Source: Planctomycetota bacterium
Lineage (GTDB): Bacteria > Planctomycetota > GCA-002687715 > DRQF01
Assembly: GCA_027001995.1 (NCBI GenBank)
Contig: JALTLO010000130.1
Location: 21,993 to 44,057 of the forward strand
DNA: 22,065 nucleotides
Direction: 5' to 3'
The stretch's first letter is position 1. Every line of letters starts with the position of its first letter. This document shows positions 1-9,235 of this stretch, one piece after another. The translations under genes and the position numbers were made by a program. Below the pieces are notes generated by a model. The model ran no database searches. It worked only from the letters and a program-made list of their open reading frames with translations, and had not been told where the DNA came from.

Positions 1-4
1 CTTC

Positions 5-1123
5 TTATCCTTTGGAGAAGAAACCACCCTTCTTCTTGCTGACCTTCTTGTGCATCGTGTCTGCGAATTTCTGGAGTAACTCTTTTTGCTCGCCACTGAG
101 CTTCTTCGGCGTCTCAACTTGAACTGTGATGTAGAGAGAGCCCTTGCCTCCCCCTCGCAAGCGGGTCATTCCTTGATTGGGAATGCGGAAGACTTGACCG
201 CTCTGGGTTCCCGCAGGGATTTTGAGTTCGACCATGCCCTCCAAGGTCGGTGCTTCGATTTTGGTTCCCAAAGCAACTTCTGGGAACGAGATGGACAATT
301 CGGTGTAGAGATCGTCCTCTTGTCGTACGAAACTTTCGTGTTCTAAGAGCTCAATGTCAACGAAGAGGTCACCCCGGGGCCCACCGTCGATGGAGGCGCA
401 ACCTTCCCCCTGCACTCGAAGACGATGCCCTGTATCAATGCCAGCGGGAATATCGACAGTGATCTCGGTCTTCTTGCTGACCAAGCCTTGCCCCCGGCAG
501 TCCGTGCAGGGAGATTCAATCATCTCCCCAGCCCCATGACATTGGGGGCATGCGGCTCGAATGCTGAAGAAACCCTGAGACTTGGCTACTTCTCCAGCGC
601 CGCCACATGTGGTGCAGGTCTTCGTGCTTGTTCCGGGCTTGCACCGGGACCCCTTGCAAGTGTCACAGAGTTCTTCTCTGGCAATGTCCACCGTCTTCTT
701 AGTGCCACTGGCAGCCTCAGCAAGTGTGAGGTTTAGTCTGAGACGAAGGGATGAGCCTTGAGAGGGCCCACGACGGCCACCGCCCCGGCGTGCTCCACCC
801 CCGAACATGTCGCCAAACATGTCGCCGAAGAGGTTTGAGAAAAGATCTTGGGGGTCGCTGAAGCCGCGGCCACCGCCGAAACCGCCTCCACCCATCTGCC
901 CGCTAGCAGCATGGCCGAACTGATCATAGCGCCCACGGCGTTCTTGATCGGAAAGCACTTCATAGGCTTCCGCGGCCTCTTTGAACTTGCCTTCAGCGCT
1001 ATCGTCATCTTGGTTGCGGTCTGGGTGGTACTTGAAAGCTAACTTGCGATAGGCTTTCTTGATCTCGTCTGCGGTGGCTGACTTATCAACGCCCAGAACT
1101 TCGTAATAGTCACGTTTGCTCAA
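5..1123 (-). CDS. dnaJ: Chaperone DnaJ (Hsp40)
   Basis: N-terminal J domain ([11 protein letters not shown] motif), G/F-rich linker, four zinc-finger repeats ([32 protein letters not shown]) and a C-terminal domain with [11 protein letters not shown] start preceded by AGGAAG. Confidence 0.98.
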   Translation of the reverse strand: MSKRDYYEVLGVDKSATADEIKKAYRKLAFKYHPDRNQDDDSAEGKFKEAAEAYEVLSDQERRGRYDQFGHAASGQMGGGGFGGGRGFSDPQDLFSNLFGDMFGDMFGGGARRGGGRRGPSQGSSLRLRLNLTLAEAASGTKKTVDIAREELCDTCKGSRCKPGTSTKTCTTCGGAGEVAKSQGFFSIRAACPQCHGAGEMIESPCTDCRGQGLVSKKTEITVDIPAGIDTGHRLRVQGEGCASIDGGPRGDLFVDIELLEHESFVRQEDDLYTELSISFPEVALGTKIEAPTLEGMVELKIPAGTQSGQVFRIPNQGMTRLRGGGKGSLYITVQVETPKKLSGEQKELLQKFADTMHKKVSKKKGGFFSKG

Positions 1124-1169
1124 AGTGCTTCTTCCTGCGGCCCTCGACTACAATCAGTGAGGGAAGGGC

Positions 1170-1214
1170 AAATAGAAAAGTCGATTCTCCGAGGCCGACC
1201 TCGAAGAATCGACT
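1170..1214 (-). terminator. Intrinsic terminator-like hairpin between groEL2 and dnaJ
   Basis: Minus strand reads AGTCGATTCTTCGAGG-TCGG-CCTCGGAGAATCGACT (16-bp stem with one G.U pair) followed by TTTCTATTT, starting 8 nt after the groEL2 stop. Confidence 0.75.
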
Positions 1215-1221
1215 CATAGTC

Positions 1222-2835
1222 TTAGGACACGGCGCCAGAGATTGGCTCGTCCGAATCCTTCAGGTTGGTGATGGCCGTGTTGGTGGTCAGCATCAATCCT
1301 GCGACGCCAGCGGCGTTCTCCAGTGCTGAACGTGTCACCTTCACGGGATCGATGATACCAGCCTTGAGCATGTCAACATGCTTGCCAGTGGCGGCATCGA
1401 AACCCCAATTCTTCTTGGTGGATTCCATGGTTTCTTCGACACAGACGCTGCCGTCAAAGCCGGCATTCTCAGCGATTTGCATGGCTGGAACTCGAAGAGA
1501 AGCCAAGAGGACTTTGCCTCCCAATTTCTCGTCGCCTTTCAGCTTGGAGAGACCGGCCTCGACGTCAGCCATGGCATCCAAGAGAGCCGTGCCGCCACCG
1601 GAGATGATGCCTTCTTCTACCGCTGCCCGGGTGGCATGAAGAGCATCGTCGACCAGATCTTTCTTTTCGCTCATTTCTTTTTCGGTCGGAGCGCCTACGC
1701 GAATGGCTGCCACGCCTCCAGCGATCTTGCCGAGACGCTCTTGGAGCTTCTCTCGATCGTAGTCGGATGTGGTCTTTTCTATTTGGGTCCTGATCTGTTC
1801 AGTGCGAGCTTTGATGGCATTCTTCTTGCCACCGCCTTCGACGATCAAGGTGTCATCTTTGGTGACTTCGATGCGCTTGGCTGTTCCCAAGTGACCCATG
1901 CCGACGGCTTCGATGTCTTCGCCCATGTCTTCTGACACGCACTTAGCACCGGTGAGGATGGCGATGTCTTCCAACATGGCTTTGCGACGGTCGCCGAATC
2001 CTGGGGCCTTGACAGCGCAGACGTTCATGACACCACGGAGACGATTGATGACCAAAGCAGAGAGAGCTTCGGCTTCTACGTCTTCGGCAATGATCAAGAG
2101 AGGGCGGCCAGTTTGGGCGACCCCTTCAAGAATCGTGATGATCTGGCGGAGGTTAGAGATTTTCTTCTCGTAGATAACCACATAGGCATCTTCGAGAACA
2201 GAACTCATACTACCAGTGTCCGTAATGAAGTAAGGCGAGATGAAACCCTTGTCAAACTGCATGCCGTCGACGACGACCAGTTCAGTGCTGGTTCCTTTGG
2301 CTTCTTCCACCGTGATGACACCGTCCCGTCCCACCTTGTCGATGGCGTCAGAAAGGAGGTCGCCCACTTCCTTGTTGCCATTGGCTGAGATCGTGCCGAT
2401 CTTGGCGATGTCACTGTTGTTCTTGACTGGCTTGGCCGAAGCTTTGAGAGATTCGATCGCAACTTTGGCAGCCTTGTCGATGCCGCGCTTGATCATAACT
2501 GGGTTGGCCCCAGCAGAAACCACGCGCAAACCTTCGGCGAAGATAGCCTCGGCCAAGATCGTGGCGGTTGTGGTGCCGTCTCCAGCTTTGTCATTGGTTT
2601 TCGAAGCAACTTCGTTGACCAACTTGGCGCCCATGTTCTCAAACGGATCTTGGATTTCGATCTCCCGAGAAACCGTGACACCATCTTTGGTGACTGTCGG
2701 GCCACCAAAGCCCTTTTGGTAGATCACGTTCTTGCCCCGTGGGCCGAGTGTGACTTTGACCGCGCGGGCGAGCTGGCGCACACCGGCGAGGATTTTCCGA
2801 CGAACGTCGTCGTCGAACATCATTTGCTTGGACAT
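1222..2835 (-). CDS. groEL: Chaperonin GroEL, paralog 2, without GGM tail
   Basis: VTLGPRG, KDGVTV, AGDGTTTAT, GMQFDKG, KAPGFGDRRKAML and DALHATRAA motifs; 537 aa, ends DEPISGAVS. GGAG RBS upstream. Confidence 0.98.
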   Translation of the reverse strand: MSKQMMFDDDVRRKILAGVRQLARAVKVTLGPRGKNVIYQKGFGGPTVTKDGVTVSREIEIQDPFENMGAKLVNEVASKTNDKAGDGTTTATILAEAIFAEGLRVVSAGANPVMIKRGIDKAAKVAIESLKASAKPVKNNSDIAKIGTISANGNKEVGDLLSDAIDKVGRDGVITVEEAKGTSTELVVVDGMQFDKGFISPYFITDTGSMSSVLEDAYVVIYEKKISNLRQIITILEGVAQTGRPLLIIAEDVEAEALSALVINRLRGVMNVCAVKAPGFGDRRKAMLEDIAILTGAKCVSEDMGEDIEAVGMGHLGTAKRIEVTKDDTLIVEGGGKKNAIKARTEQIRTQIEKTTSDYDREKLQERLGKIAGGVAAIRVGAPTEKEMSEKKDLVDDALHATRAAVEEGIISGGGTALLDAMADVEAGLSKLKGDEKLGGKVLLASLRVPAMQIAENAGFDGSVCVEETMESTKKNWGFDAATGKHVDMLKAGIIDPVKVTRSALENAAGVAGLMLTTNTAITNLKDSDEPISGAVS

Positions 2836-2854
2836 TTCTTGCTCCAGCTAGGCG

Positions 2855-3145
2855 TTACTTAGTGATCTTGGCGAGGATATCCCGTTCGCGCATGATCTTG
2901 TATTCTTTACCGTCAACCTTGATGTCGGTTCCGGCGTACTTGCCATAGACGACTTTATCGCCTTTCTTGACACTGAGTTTGCTCCGGACACCTTCGTCGT
3001 TGAGGGCACCAGGGCCGGTTGCCATGACTTTGCCTTCTTGAGGCTTTTCCTTGGCTGAGTCAGGAAGGACGATGCCACCGGCTGTTTTTGTTTCAGCTTC
3101 TGCAGCTTGGATGACAACGCGGTCATCGAGAGGTTTGAGATTCAT
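2855..3145 (-). CDS. groES: Co-chaperonin GroES
   Basis: [29 protein letters not shown] and ERDILA motifs; 96 aa; GGAG RBS. Confidence 0.98.
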   Translation of the reverse strand: MNLKPLDDRVVIQAAEAETKTAGGIVLPDSAKEKPQEGKVMATGPGALNDEGVRSKLSVKKGDKVVYGKYAGTDIKVDGKEYKIMRERDILAKITK

Positions 3146-3175
3146 AATTTTGCTCCGCTTATGTGATGTTTGTGC

Positions 3176-4879
3176 TTAGAAGCCCATGCCGCCCATGCCG
3201 CCCATGCCAGGCATGCCGCCGCCCATGCCGCCCATGCCGCCCATGCCACCCATAGGATCCATTCCCCCGGCTGCTCCTGCCATGGGGTCTTCCTCAGATG
3301 GGATGTCGGTGATGAGTGCGTTGGTGGAAAGCAACATGCAAGCAACGCTACATGCATTGGTGAGGGCCGTGCGCGTGACCTTGGCTGGGTCGATGACACC
3401 TAAGTCAAAGAGGTCGCCATAGGTGTCGGTGAGGGCGTTGTAGCCGAAGCCGTCTTTGCCATCCAAGACCTTCTTGCAGGTCACGCTACCTTCTGCGCCG
3501 GCGTTATCGGCGATTTGACGGAGAGGTGCCATGATGGCCCGACGCACAGCGTCCACCCCCATGCTTTCGTCTCCTTCACCGGTAACTTTTTTGAGGGCCT
3601 TTTGAGCTCGGGCCAGAGCAACGCCACCTCCAGGGAGAATGCCGTCCTCCAGGGCTGCGCGTGTGGCGCTTAGAGCATCCTTGACCCGAGCTTTTTTCTC
3701 TTTGACTTCGGCTTCAGAGCTGGCTCCGATGCTGATCAAAGCGATGCCACCAGCGAGTCTTGCCAACCGCTCTTGTAACTTTTCACGGTCGTAATTGCTG
3801 TCGGTGTTTTCGATGTCGTTGCGAATTTGGGCAATGCGCTTCTTCAGTTCGCCAGGTTTGCCCCCACCTTGAACGATTGTTGTGTCGTCAGCAGTGATGG
3901 TGATACGGCGTGCTGACCCCAGATCCTTGAGGGTGAGCTTCTCCAAGTCGATGTCCGCAGCCAAGTCCTTGAAGACAGGCTTGGCACCAGTAAGAACCGC
4001 CAAATCTTCTAACATCGCTTTGCGGCGATCGCCGTAGCCCGGGGCCTTCACTGCAGCCACTTGCATGGTGCCTCGGACTTTATTCAAGACCAAGGTTGCC
4101 AATGCTTCGCCCTCGATGTCTTCGGAAATGATGACCAGAGGCTTTTGAGCTTTCGCTGCTTGCTCAAGCAGAGGAACTAACTTGGCAATGTTGCTGATTT
4201 TGTCCTCGTGAATGAAGACCAAGGGGTTCTTCATGTCACATTCTAAGGACTTGGCATCGGTGACGAAGTGCGGGGATAAATAGCCCCGGTCGAATTGCAT
4301 GCCTTCGACGACTTTGACTTCTGTATCAGTTCCCTTGCCTTCTTCGATGTTGACAACGCCGTCGCTTCCAACCTTGGTGATGGCATCGATCAAAGTTTTG
4401 CCAATCTCCTTTTCATTGTTGGCGGCGATGGAAGCGATTTCGATCAGCTTGGCTTTCTCTTTCAGAGAGATCTTTTTCGCCTGGCGAGCTAAGTCGTCGT
4501 TGACAGCGTCGACAGCCAAGCGGATGCCCCGTAAGACTGCTGTGGTGTCGGCGCCTGCTGTGGTCGCTTTGAGGCCTTGGGTGTAGATGGATTCTGCCAG
4601 AACCGTCGAAGTTGTGGTGCCGTCGCCACAGACATCATTGGTCTTATCTGCGGCTTCTTTTAGAAGTTGAGCCCCCAAGTTTTCGTTGGGGCAATTCAAT
4701 TCCACTTCGTCTGCAACTGTGTAACCGTCTTTGGTGATGGTAGGACCACCGAAACCACGGTCGATGATGACGGTGCGACCTCGTGGTCCGAGGGTGCTCT
4801 TGACCGCCTTTGCCAGCTTCTGAACGCCAGCTTTCAAGGCCTCTTGGGCCTCGGCGTTGAAGATAAGCTTCTTGGCCAT
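3176..4879 (-). CDS. groEL: Chaperonin GroEL, paralog 1, with GGM tail
   Basis: TLGPRG, GDGTTT, GMQFDRGYLSP, KAPGYGDRRKAML and a C-terminal GGM repeat tail. Start moved from 4966 to the ATG at 4879 (MAKKLIF), which follows AAAGGA. Confidence 0.98.
   Translation of the reverse strand: MAKKLIFNAEAQEALKAGVQKLAKAVKSTLGPRGRTVIIDRGFGGPTITKDGYTVADEVELNCPNENLGAQLLKEAADKTNDVCGDGTTTSTVLAESIYTQGLKATTAGADTTAVLRGIRLAVDAVNDDLARQAKKISLKEKAKLIEIASIAANNEKEIGKTLIDAITKVGSDGVVNIEEGKGTDTEVKVVEGMQFDRGYLSPHFVTDAKSLECDMKNPLVFIHEDKISNIAKLVPLLEQAAKAQKPLVIISEDIEGEALATLVLNKVRGTMQVAAVKAPGYGDRRKAMLEDLAVLTGAKPVFKDLAADIDLEKLTLKDLGSARRITITADDTTIVQGGGKPGELKKRIAQIRNDIENTDSNYDREKLQERLARLAGGIALISIGASSEAEVKEKKARVKDALSATRAALEDGILPGGGVALARAQKALKKVTGEGDESMGVDAVRRAIMAPLRQIADNAGAEGSVTCKKVLDGKDGFGYNALTDTYGDLFDLGVIDPAKVTRTALTNACSVACMLLSTNALITDIPSEEDPMAGAAGGMDPMGGMGGMGGMGGGMPGMGGMGGMGF
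3182..3253 (-). repeat. 9-bp tandem coding repeat (GGCATGGGC-like) for the GroEL GGM tail
   Basis: Repeated gcccatgcc units on the plus strand. Confidence 0.9.
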
Positions 4880-4954
4880 AACTTCGATTCCTTTCGTGTA
4901 CGATTTTGCCTTCAGGGCCGTTACTCTTAGGGACCCCGGGCTCGTGACTCGTAT

Positions 4955-4970
4955 ATCAAATATCAAGCCG
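4955..4970 (-). promoter_or_regulatory. Candidate sigma54-like (-24/-12) promoter for the groEL operon
   Basis: Minus strand CGGCTTG-ATAT-TTGAT compared with consensus TGGCACG-N4-TTGCW: spacing is correct, but there are several mismatches including C to A at -12. Confidence 0.4.
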
Positions 4971-5064
4971 ATCGTGCACGTTGGGGGTCAGATTCGTAAC
5001 TTGTTTAACATAAGTGGTTTATGTTTGTCGTCTTGGGCGGAGACAGGACCGTCTTTGGGGTTTT

Positions 5065-5120
5065 CTGTCACGCTGTCAGGAGCCGTTCGCGGCAGTTGAA
5101 TGAAAATGACAGAATGGCAG
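5065..5120. promoter_or_regulatory. Pair of TGWCA-N3-TGKCAG boxes, candidate regulator or enhancer sites
   Basis: TGTCA-CGC-TGTCAG at 5066-5079 and TGACA-GAA-TGGCAG at 5107-5120, 41 bp apart, in the divergent intergenic region. Confidence 0.5.
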
Positions 5121-5231
5121 AGTGTTTGGGTACTTGGGGGTGATTGCGGTGTTTGCTCCCTTAACTTTGCTAAGCTACGGCAAGCCATGGGAATAGGACG
5201 GAAGATGACAAGGATAGGTTGGAGATATCTG

Positions 5232-6473
5232 TTGACCAGTTTTCGGCACTTGATGCTTATTGTCTTGTTTTGGATGGGGAGTATTTCCACCGGCCAATCC
5301 CAGATCACACTACGTTTGGTTGATGGGTCCATTCATGAGGGGCGCTTGCAGTCAATCGCCGCCAACAAAAAGGTGGTTTTTCGGGATGCCAAGGCTGAAA
5401 AAGACATCTCGATCTCCTTGGCCCAGGTGGTCCAACTGCGCTTCGGAAATCCCCCTGTTGCTCGCTATGGGCCAAACTCTTCCTTGTTGCGCTTTGAGCT
5501 GGCCGGAGGGGATGTCATCTATGGAACCGTGGTAGATGGCGATTTTGATCAAGTACGGGTGGATTCCATGGCTGGCCAGATCACGATTCCTCTTGATGTG
5601 CTTAAGAAAGTGGTTTGTCTAGCCAATGCCCAAGGGTTGGATGCCAAGGCTGATGTGGTGGGGGATGGGGGCCAAGATGTCCTTTTGGTTCGATCTAAAA
5701 CCGGAGTGGACAGTGTCCATGGATCTTTGGTTCGCTTGGTCAAGTCTGGAGCTATGTTTGAGTGGGGAGAGGACGAAGAGTCCCTTTTTAGCTTCAAGAA
5801 AAACCGCCTCGCTTCCGTAAGTTTGGCTGAGTCTGAGCCGGTTGCCAAGATCAATGCTACTCACGTCATGGTCTTTTTTCGAGATGGTACTCGTCTCACA
5901 GGCTCCGTGAGCAAGAGTCCTGGTGGGGCCATTCGCTTCAAGCATAGTGCTGGAACGACCATGGACCTTTCTGTTTTGTCGATTGCGGAAATCAGTGTGC
6001 GTCAAGGCCGCTGTGTTCACTTGTCAGACCTCAAAGAAACTGGTTTTGAAGAAACCCCCTATCTAGAGGGCGGGCTTCTTTATGGTCTGCATAAAGATCG
6101 AAGTCTCAAGGGGGGAGCCTTGAGTATCAACAACCGTGGTTTCGCCCGTGGATTGAGTATGCACACACGGTCCGTCGTTCACTATGCTCTTGACCCACGC
6201 TATGAATCGTTCTCGAGTGCGGTTGGTGTTGATGGGGCCGTGGCAAGAAAAAGGGTGAAAGCGAGCATCGCGTTTTCTGTCCTATTGGATGGCAAACTTG
6301 TGGCTGGGCCCCTTGTTTGCCGTGCTGGGGAAGAAGCCACATGGTTCAACGAGATTAAGTTGAATGGCGCAAAAAAGTTGACCTTGGTTGCGGATTTCGC
6401 TGACAACCATCACTTCAATGGCCGTGCTGTTTGGGGGAGTCCCTACTTGGCCATGAAGGATGAACCTCGCTGA
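5232..6473 (+). CDS. Exported protein with C-terminal NPCBM/NEW2 domain
   Basis: Signal-peptide-like N-terminus (RHLMLIVLFWMGSISTGQSQ) and repeated beta hairpins (LRLVDGSIHEG, FELAGGDVIYG, FFRDGTRLTG). The C-terminus (HLSDL...GLSMH...FSSAVGVD...LNGAKKLTLVAD...AVWG) is typical of NPCBM. Likely TTG start at 5232 after GGAG; the ORF track starts at 5100. Confidence 0.8.
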   Translation: MTSFRHLMLIVLFWMGSISTGQSQITLRLVDGSIHEGRLQSIAANKKVVFRDAKAEKDISISLAQVVQLRFGNPPVARYGPNSSLLRFELAGGDVIYGTVVDGDFDQVRVDSMAGQITIPLDVLKKVVCLANAQGLDAKADVVGDGGQDVLLVRSKTGVDSVHGSLVRLVKSGAMFEWGEDEESLFSFKKNRLASVSLAESEPVAKINATHVMVFFRDGTRLTGSVSKSPGGAIRFKHSAGTTMDLSVLSIAEISVRQGRCVHLSDLKETGFEETPYLEGGLLYGLHKDRSLKGGALSINNRGFARGLSMHTRSVVHYALDPRYESFSSAVGVDGAVARKRVKASIAFSVLLDGKLVAGPLVCRAGEEATWFNEIKLNGAKKLTLVADFADNHHFNGRAVWGSPYLAMKDEPR

Positions 6474-9234
6474 CATGTTTGAGCGCTTAGAGACGCCGGA
6501 TCTCGTTCTCTTTGTCTTACCGGCGGTCTTGTTTGTCTTTGTCTTGGTGATTCGATCCAAGGCACACATGCGCGCTGGCCTGGGGCTCTTCGTTGTCTTG
6601 TCCAGAGCTTTTTTGGTGGCAGCCCTGATCTTACTTTTATGTGGGCCGCTCACCACTTCTTCTACCTCAATCCCACCTTCCTTGGACGTTCTTATTGATG
6701 TTTCCAGGAGCATGGCGAGCAAGAGCCTTGAAGCCACCCTCATGGAAGCTGAGGGTTTTGTCTTGGCCCAACAGGAGGAGCGAAAGAACCTTCAGCTCAA
6801 GTGTATTGCTTTTGCTGGCAAGGCCGATGTGTTCTTGCGCGGGCAACCCAGTCGGATAGAGGTGAAAACAGCTTTTCAATCTTTGAGGCAGGTTGAGTCT
6901 TTGAGGGCTCTTAACCCTCTGGCATCGAATCTCACTTTGGCTTTAGAACTTGCAGATGCGGGACGGGATCAAAAAGGAGATCACAATCGTGTGATTTTCA
7001 CCGATGGAGCCTTGGGGGCTCCCCCTAATCTTCTCAGTCCGCAGATTCCCACCTTCCTCGTGGCCCCCTTGGCTCTCTCCATGGGCTCAACACGGGCTAA
7101 GAGTTTGGCTTTGCCCCTTCGAATCGAAGTCGGTGATCCTGTGCCCATGGAGTTGACCTACGTCAGTAGCGAAACGCAGAAGGTCAAAGCCGAATTGTTT
7201 ATTGATGGCCAAAGAAAAAAGGTGATGACACTGGACTTAGAAGCCGGGAGTCATCAGCTAAGCTTTTCTGGAAAGGACATTGAGCTGTCTCCGGGACACC
7301 ACGAATTCGTTCTCCGCTTATATCCAGAAGATGGGGAAGTCTTAGATGATGCAGTCGGGGCCCAGGTTTTAGTCCATCCTAAGCGTCGTGTTCTCTATCT
7401 CATAGGCAATCATCGGGGCAACCGGGCACCGGCGATGCAAAGAGCATTGCAAGCTCAGGGTGTTGATTTGCTCGCTATGAAAGTCGACGAAGTCGACGTG
7501 TCAGGGGCATTCTGGCAAGGTGTGCGTGCTGTTGTTCTTGATCGTGTTGTTCCATCGTCCGTGGGTGAAACTCTCACGGGGCGTATCTTAGAAAACGTCC
7601 AGGCCGGTGGTGGGCTGATCCTGGTTCCAGAAGGGGAGAGCAATGCACTCCTTCCCTGGAATCGTCACCCCTTGGGAACCTCTCTGCCTCTCGCCGGATT
7701 GCCTGAGATCAAGCGCAAGAACAAGGAGCCTAAGAAAGAAGATCCCCCAGCGGAGAAGTTATCTGACCCGGATATCAAGAAGTCGAAAGAAAAGGAGATT
7801 GACGCTCCTACCCTTTCTTTGCTCTTGGTAATCGACAACTCTGCCAGCATGAAAGACGGGAATCGACTGTTGTTTGCGGTGCGCGGAGCAATCGCCACTC
7901 TGCGGAAACTTCATCCTGAGGATCGCATTGGCGTCATCACCTATAATGAGCGTCCCGTCGAAGTTGTGCCCATTCAAGAGGCTGGGAATCGCGACTCTAT
8001 TGAGCGGGCTATCGGGCGGATACAAGCTCGGGGCGCCACCAATATCAAAGCAGCCCTCCTTTTTGCCAAAGAAACACTGGGACGAGAAGATTCAGCGGTC
8101 AAGAGTATCGTCCTTCTCTCCGATGGATTCACCCGCCCCTTCAACGTCAAGAAGGTGGCTCAAGATCTTTACGGGCATGGCATCACGGTGACGACGGTGG
8201 GAGTTGGTTCGAGCTTTGATACCCCCACTTTGACTCAAATCGCCAAGTATAGTGGAGGCACCGGGCCCATCCCTGCACGAAACGCAAAACAACTGCCAGC
8301 GGTGATGGTTGATGTTGCGGCGCGTCTCATTGATCGTAACAACCTTCGCTCCGCCCCAGAGAAACCGAAGAAAAAAGATGACAAGATCCATCGCCCGGAA
8401 GCCGGAATCGGCAACAAGCCCAAGGCAAAACTCAAGGAGGAGAACAAGTCTGGGGGTAAGCGCATTGAGATGCGGATTCAAAGACCCACAAGTTACCTCG
8501 ACAAACTTCCCTTTAACTTTGCACCTTCCATCTATGGGCTTCATCGCTCCCAGGCACGGCCTGGAGCTTGGGTGGCATTAGCAAGCAAAAGTGGGCAGCC
8601 GATCTTGTCCCATTGGGGAGTGGGGGACGGCATCGTTGCCATGACAACTTTGCCTTTGGAAGGCGCGTGGGCTAAAGACCTGGTGCTCTGGGAAGCCTAC
8701 TCTCCTTTGGTGGCCCAACTCCTTCGATTCTGTGCTTGGGATCCGGCTTTGGATCGCTTCCATCTGAGTGGTTACATCAGCGGAAATACGGCTCAGCTAT
8801 TCCTTGATGATGCCTTCACCAGGAACAAAGAAACCCCATGGCAGATCTCTGGTTATCCCTCCGACTGCCGGTTGGTCGTGGGCCAAGATGGCAATTATCA
8901 GTTGATCGGGAAGGAGGAATTTGTCGGTCCGTTTCTTCGACTTTCCGTCACCCCTCCAGGAGAGAAAGAGGCGCGAGTCTTGTCGCTCTTCGTTCCCCCC
9001 CCTGAAGAAGTCAGGAGTGCCGGACTGAATTTGAGTCGCTTAGATGAATGGGCCCAGGCTCTGGGGGGGCGCTTTGATTCACGACGGGCTTCAAAACTAC
9101 CCCTCACCTTGTCTGAGCGAACGTCCAAGCAGGATCGCAAGTGGATTTGGCAGTCATTTTCTTGGCTTCTCCTTATCTTCGCGGCAGAATTGGTGATCAA
9201 ACGTCTGCTTCGCCGTCCCCAATTGGAGAGCTAA
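6460..9234 (+). CDS. Membrane-anchored double-vWA protein with Ig-like and glutamine-amidotransferase-like segments
   Basis: Two N-terminal TM helices; vWA1 (LIDVSRSM...IFTDG); beta-rich segment; vWA2 with a full MIDAS (VIDNSASM...GATNI...LLSDG); C-terminal TM (WLLLIFAAELVIKR). Overlaps the upstream gene by 14 nt. Confidence 0.85.
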   Translation: MNLADMFERLETPDLVLFVLPAVLFVFVLVIRSKAHMRAGLGLFVVLSRAFLVAALILLLCGPLTTSSTSIPPSLDVLIDVSRSMASKSLEATLMEAEGFVLAQQEERKNLQLKCIAFAGKADVFLRGQPSRIEVKTAFQSLRQVESLRALNPLASNLTLALELADAGRDQKGDHNRVIFTDGALGAPPNLLSPQIPTFLVAPLALSMGSTRAKSLALPLRIEVGDPVPMELTYVSSETQKVKAELFIDGQRKKVMTLDLEAGSHQLSFSGKDIELSPGHHEFVLRLYPEDGEVLDDAVGAQVLVHPKRRVLYLIGNHRGNRAPAMQRALQAQGVDLLAMKVDEVDVSGAFWQGVRAVVLDRVVPSSVGETLTGRILENVQAGGGLILVPEGESNALLPWNRHPLGTSLPLAGLPEIKRKNKEPKKEDPPAEKLSDPDIKKSKEKEIDAPTLSLLLVIDNSASMKDGNRLLFAVRGAIATLRKLHPEDRIGVITYNERPVEVVPIQEAGNRDSIERAIGRIQARGATNIKAALLFAKETLGREDSAVKSIVLLSDGFTRPFNVKKVAQDLYGHGITVTTVGVGSSFDTPTLTQIAKYSGGTGPIPARNAKQLPAVMVDVAARLIDRNNLRSAPEKPKKKDDKIHRPEAGIGNKPKAKLKEENKSGGKRIEMRIQRPTSYLDKLPFNFAPSIYGLHRSQARPGAWVALASKSGQPILSHWGVGDGIVAMTTLPLEGAWAKDLVLWEAYSPLVAQLLRFCAWDPALDRFHLSGYISGNTAQLFLDDAFTRNKETPWQISGYPSDCRLVVGQDGNYQLIGKEEFVGPFLRLSVTPPGEKEARVLSLFVPPPEEVRSAGLNLSRLDEWAQALGGRFDSRRASKLPLTLSERTSKQDRKWIWQSFSWLLLIFAAELVIKRLLRRPQLES

Positions 9235-9235
9235 A

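Noticed and set aside
3142..3422. Short ORFs with AAH, AAW or MPP repeats
   Set aside because: Alternative-frame readings of the GroEL GGM tail.
5145..5175. TTAGCA half-site on the minus strand as a CIRCE element
   Set aside because: Only 6 nt match and there is no second arm at 9-nt spacing.
4880..5231. N-terminal extensions of groEL1 (to 4966) and the NPCBM gene (from 5100), and the 114-aa ORF at 4988-5332
   Set aside because: Better RBS-supported starts at 4879 and 5232 match the expected N-termini; the region looks like a divergent promoter.
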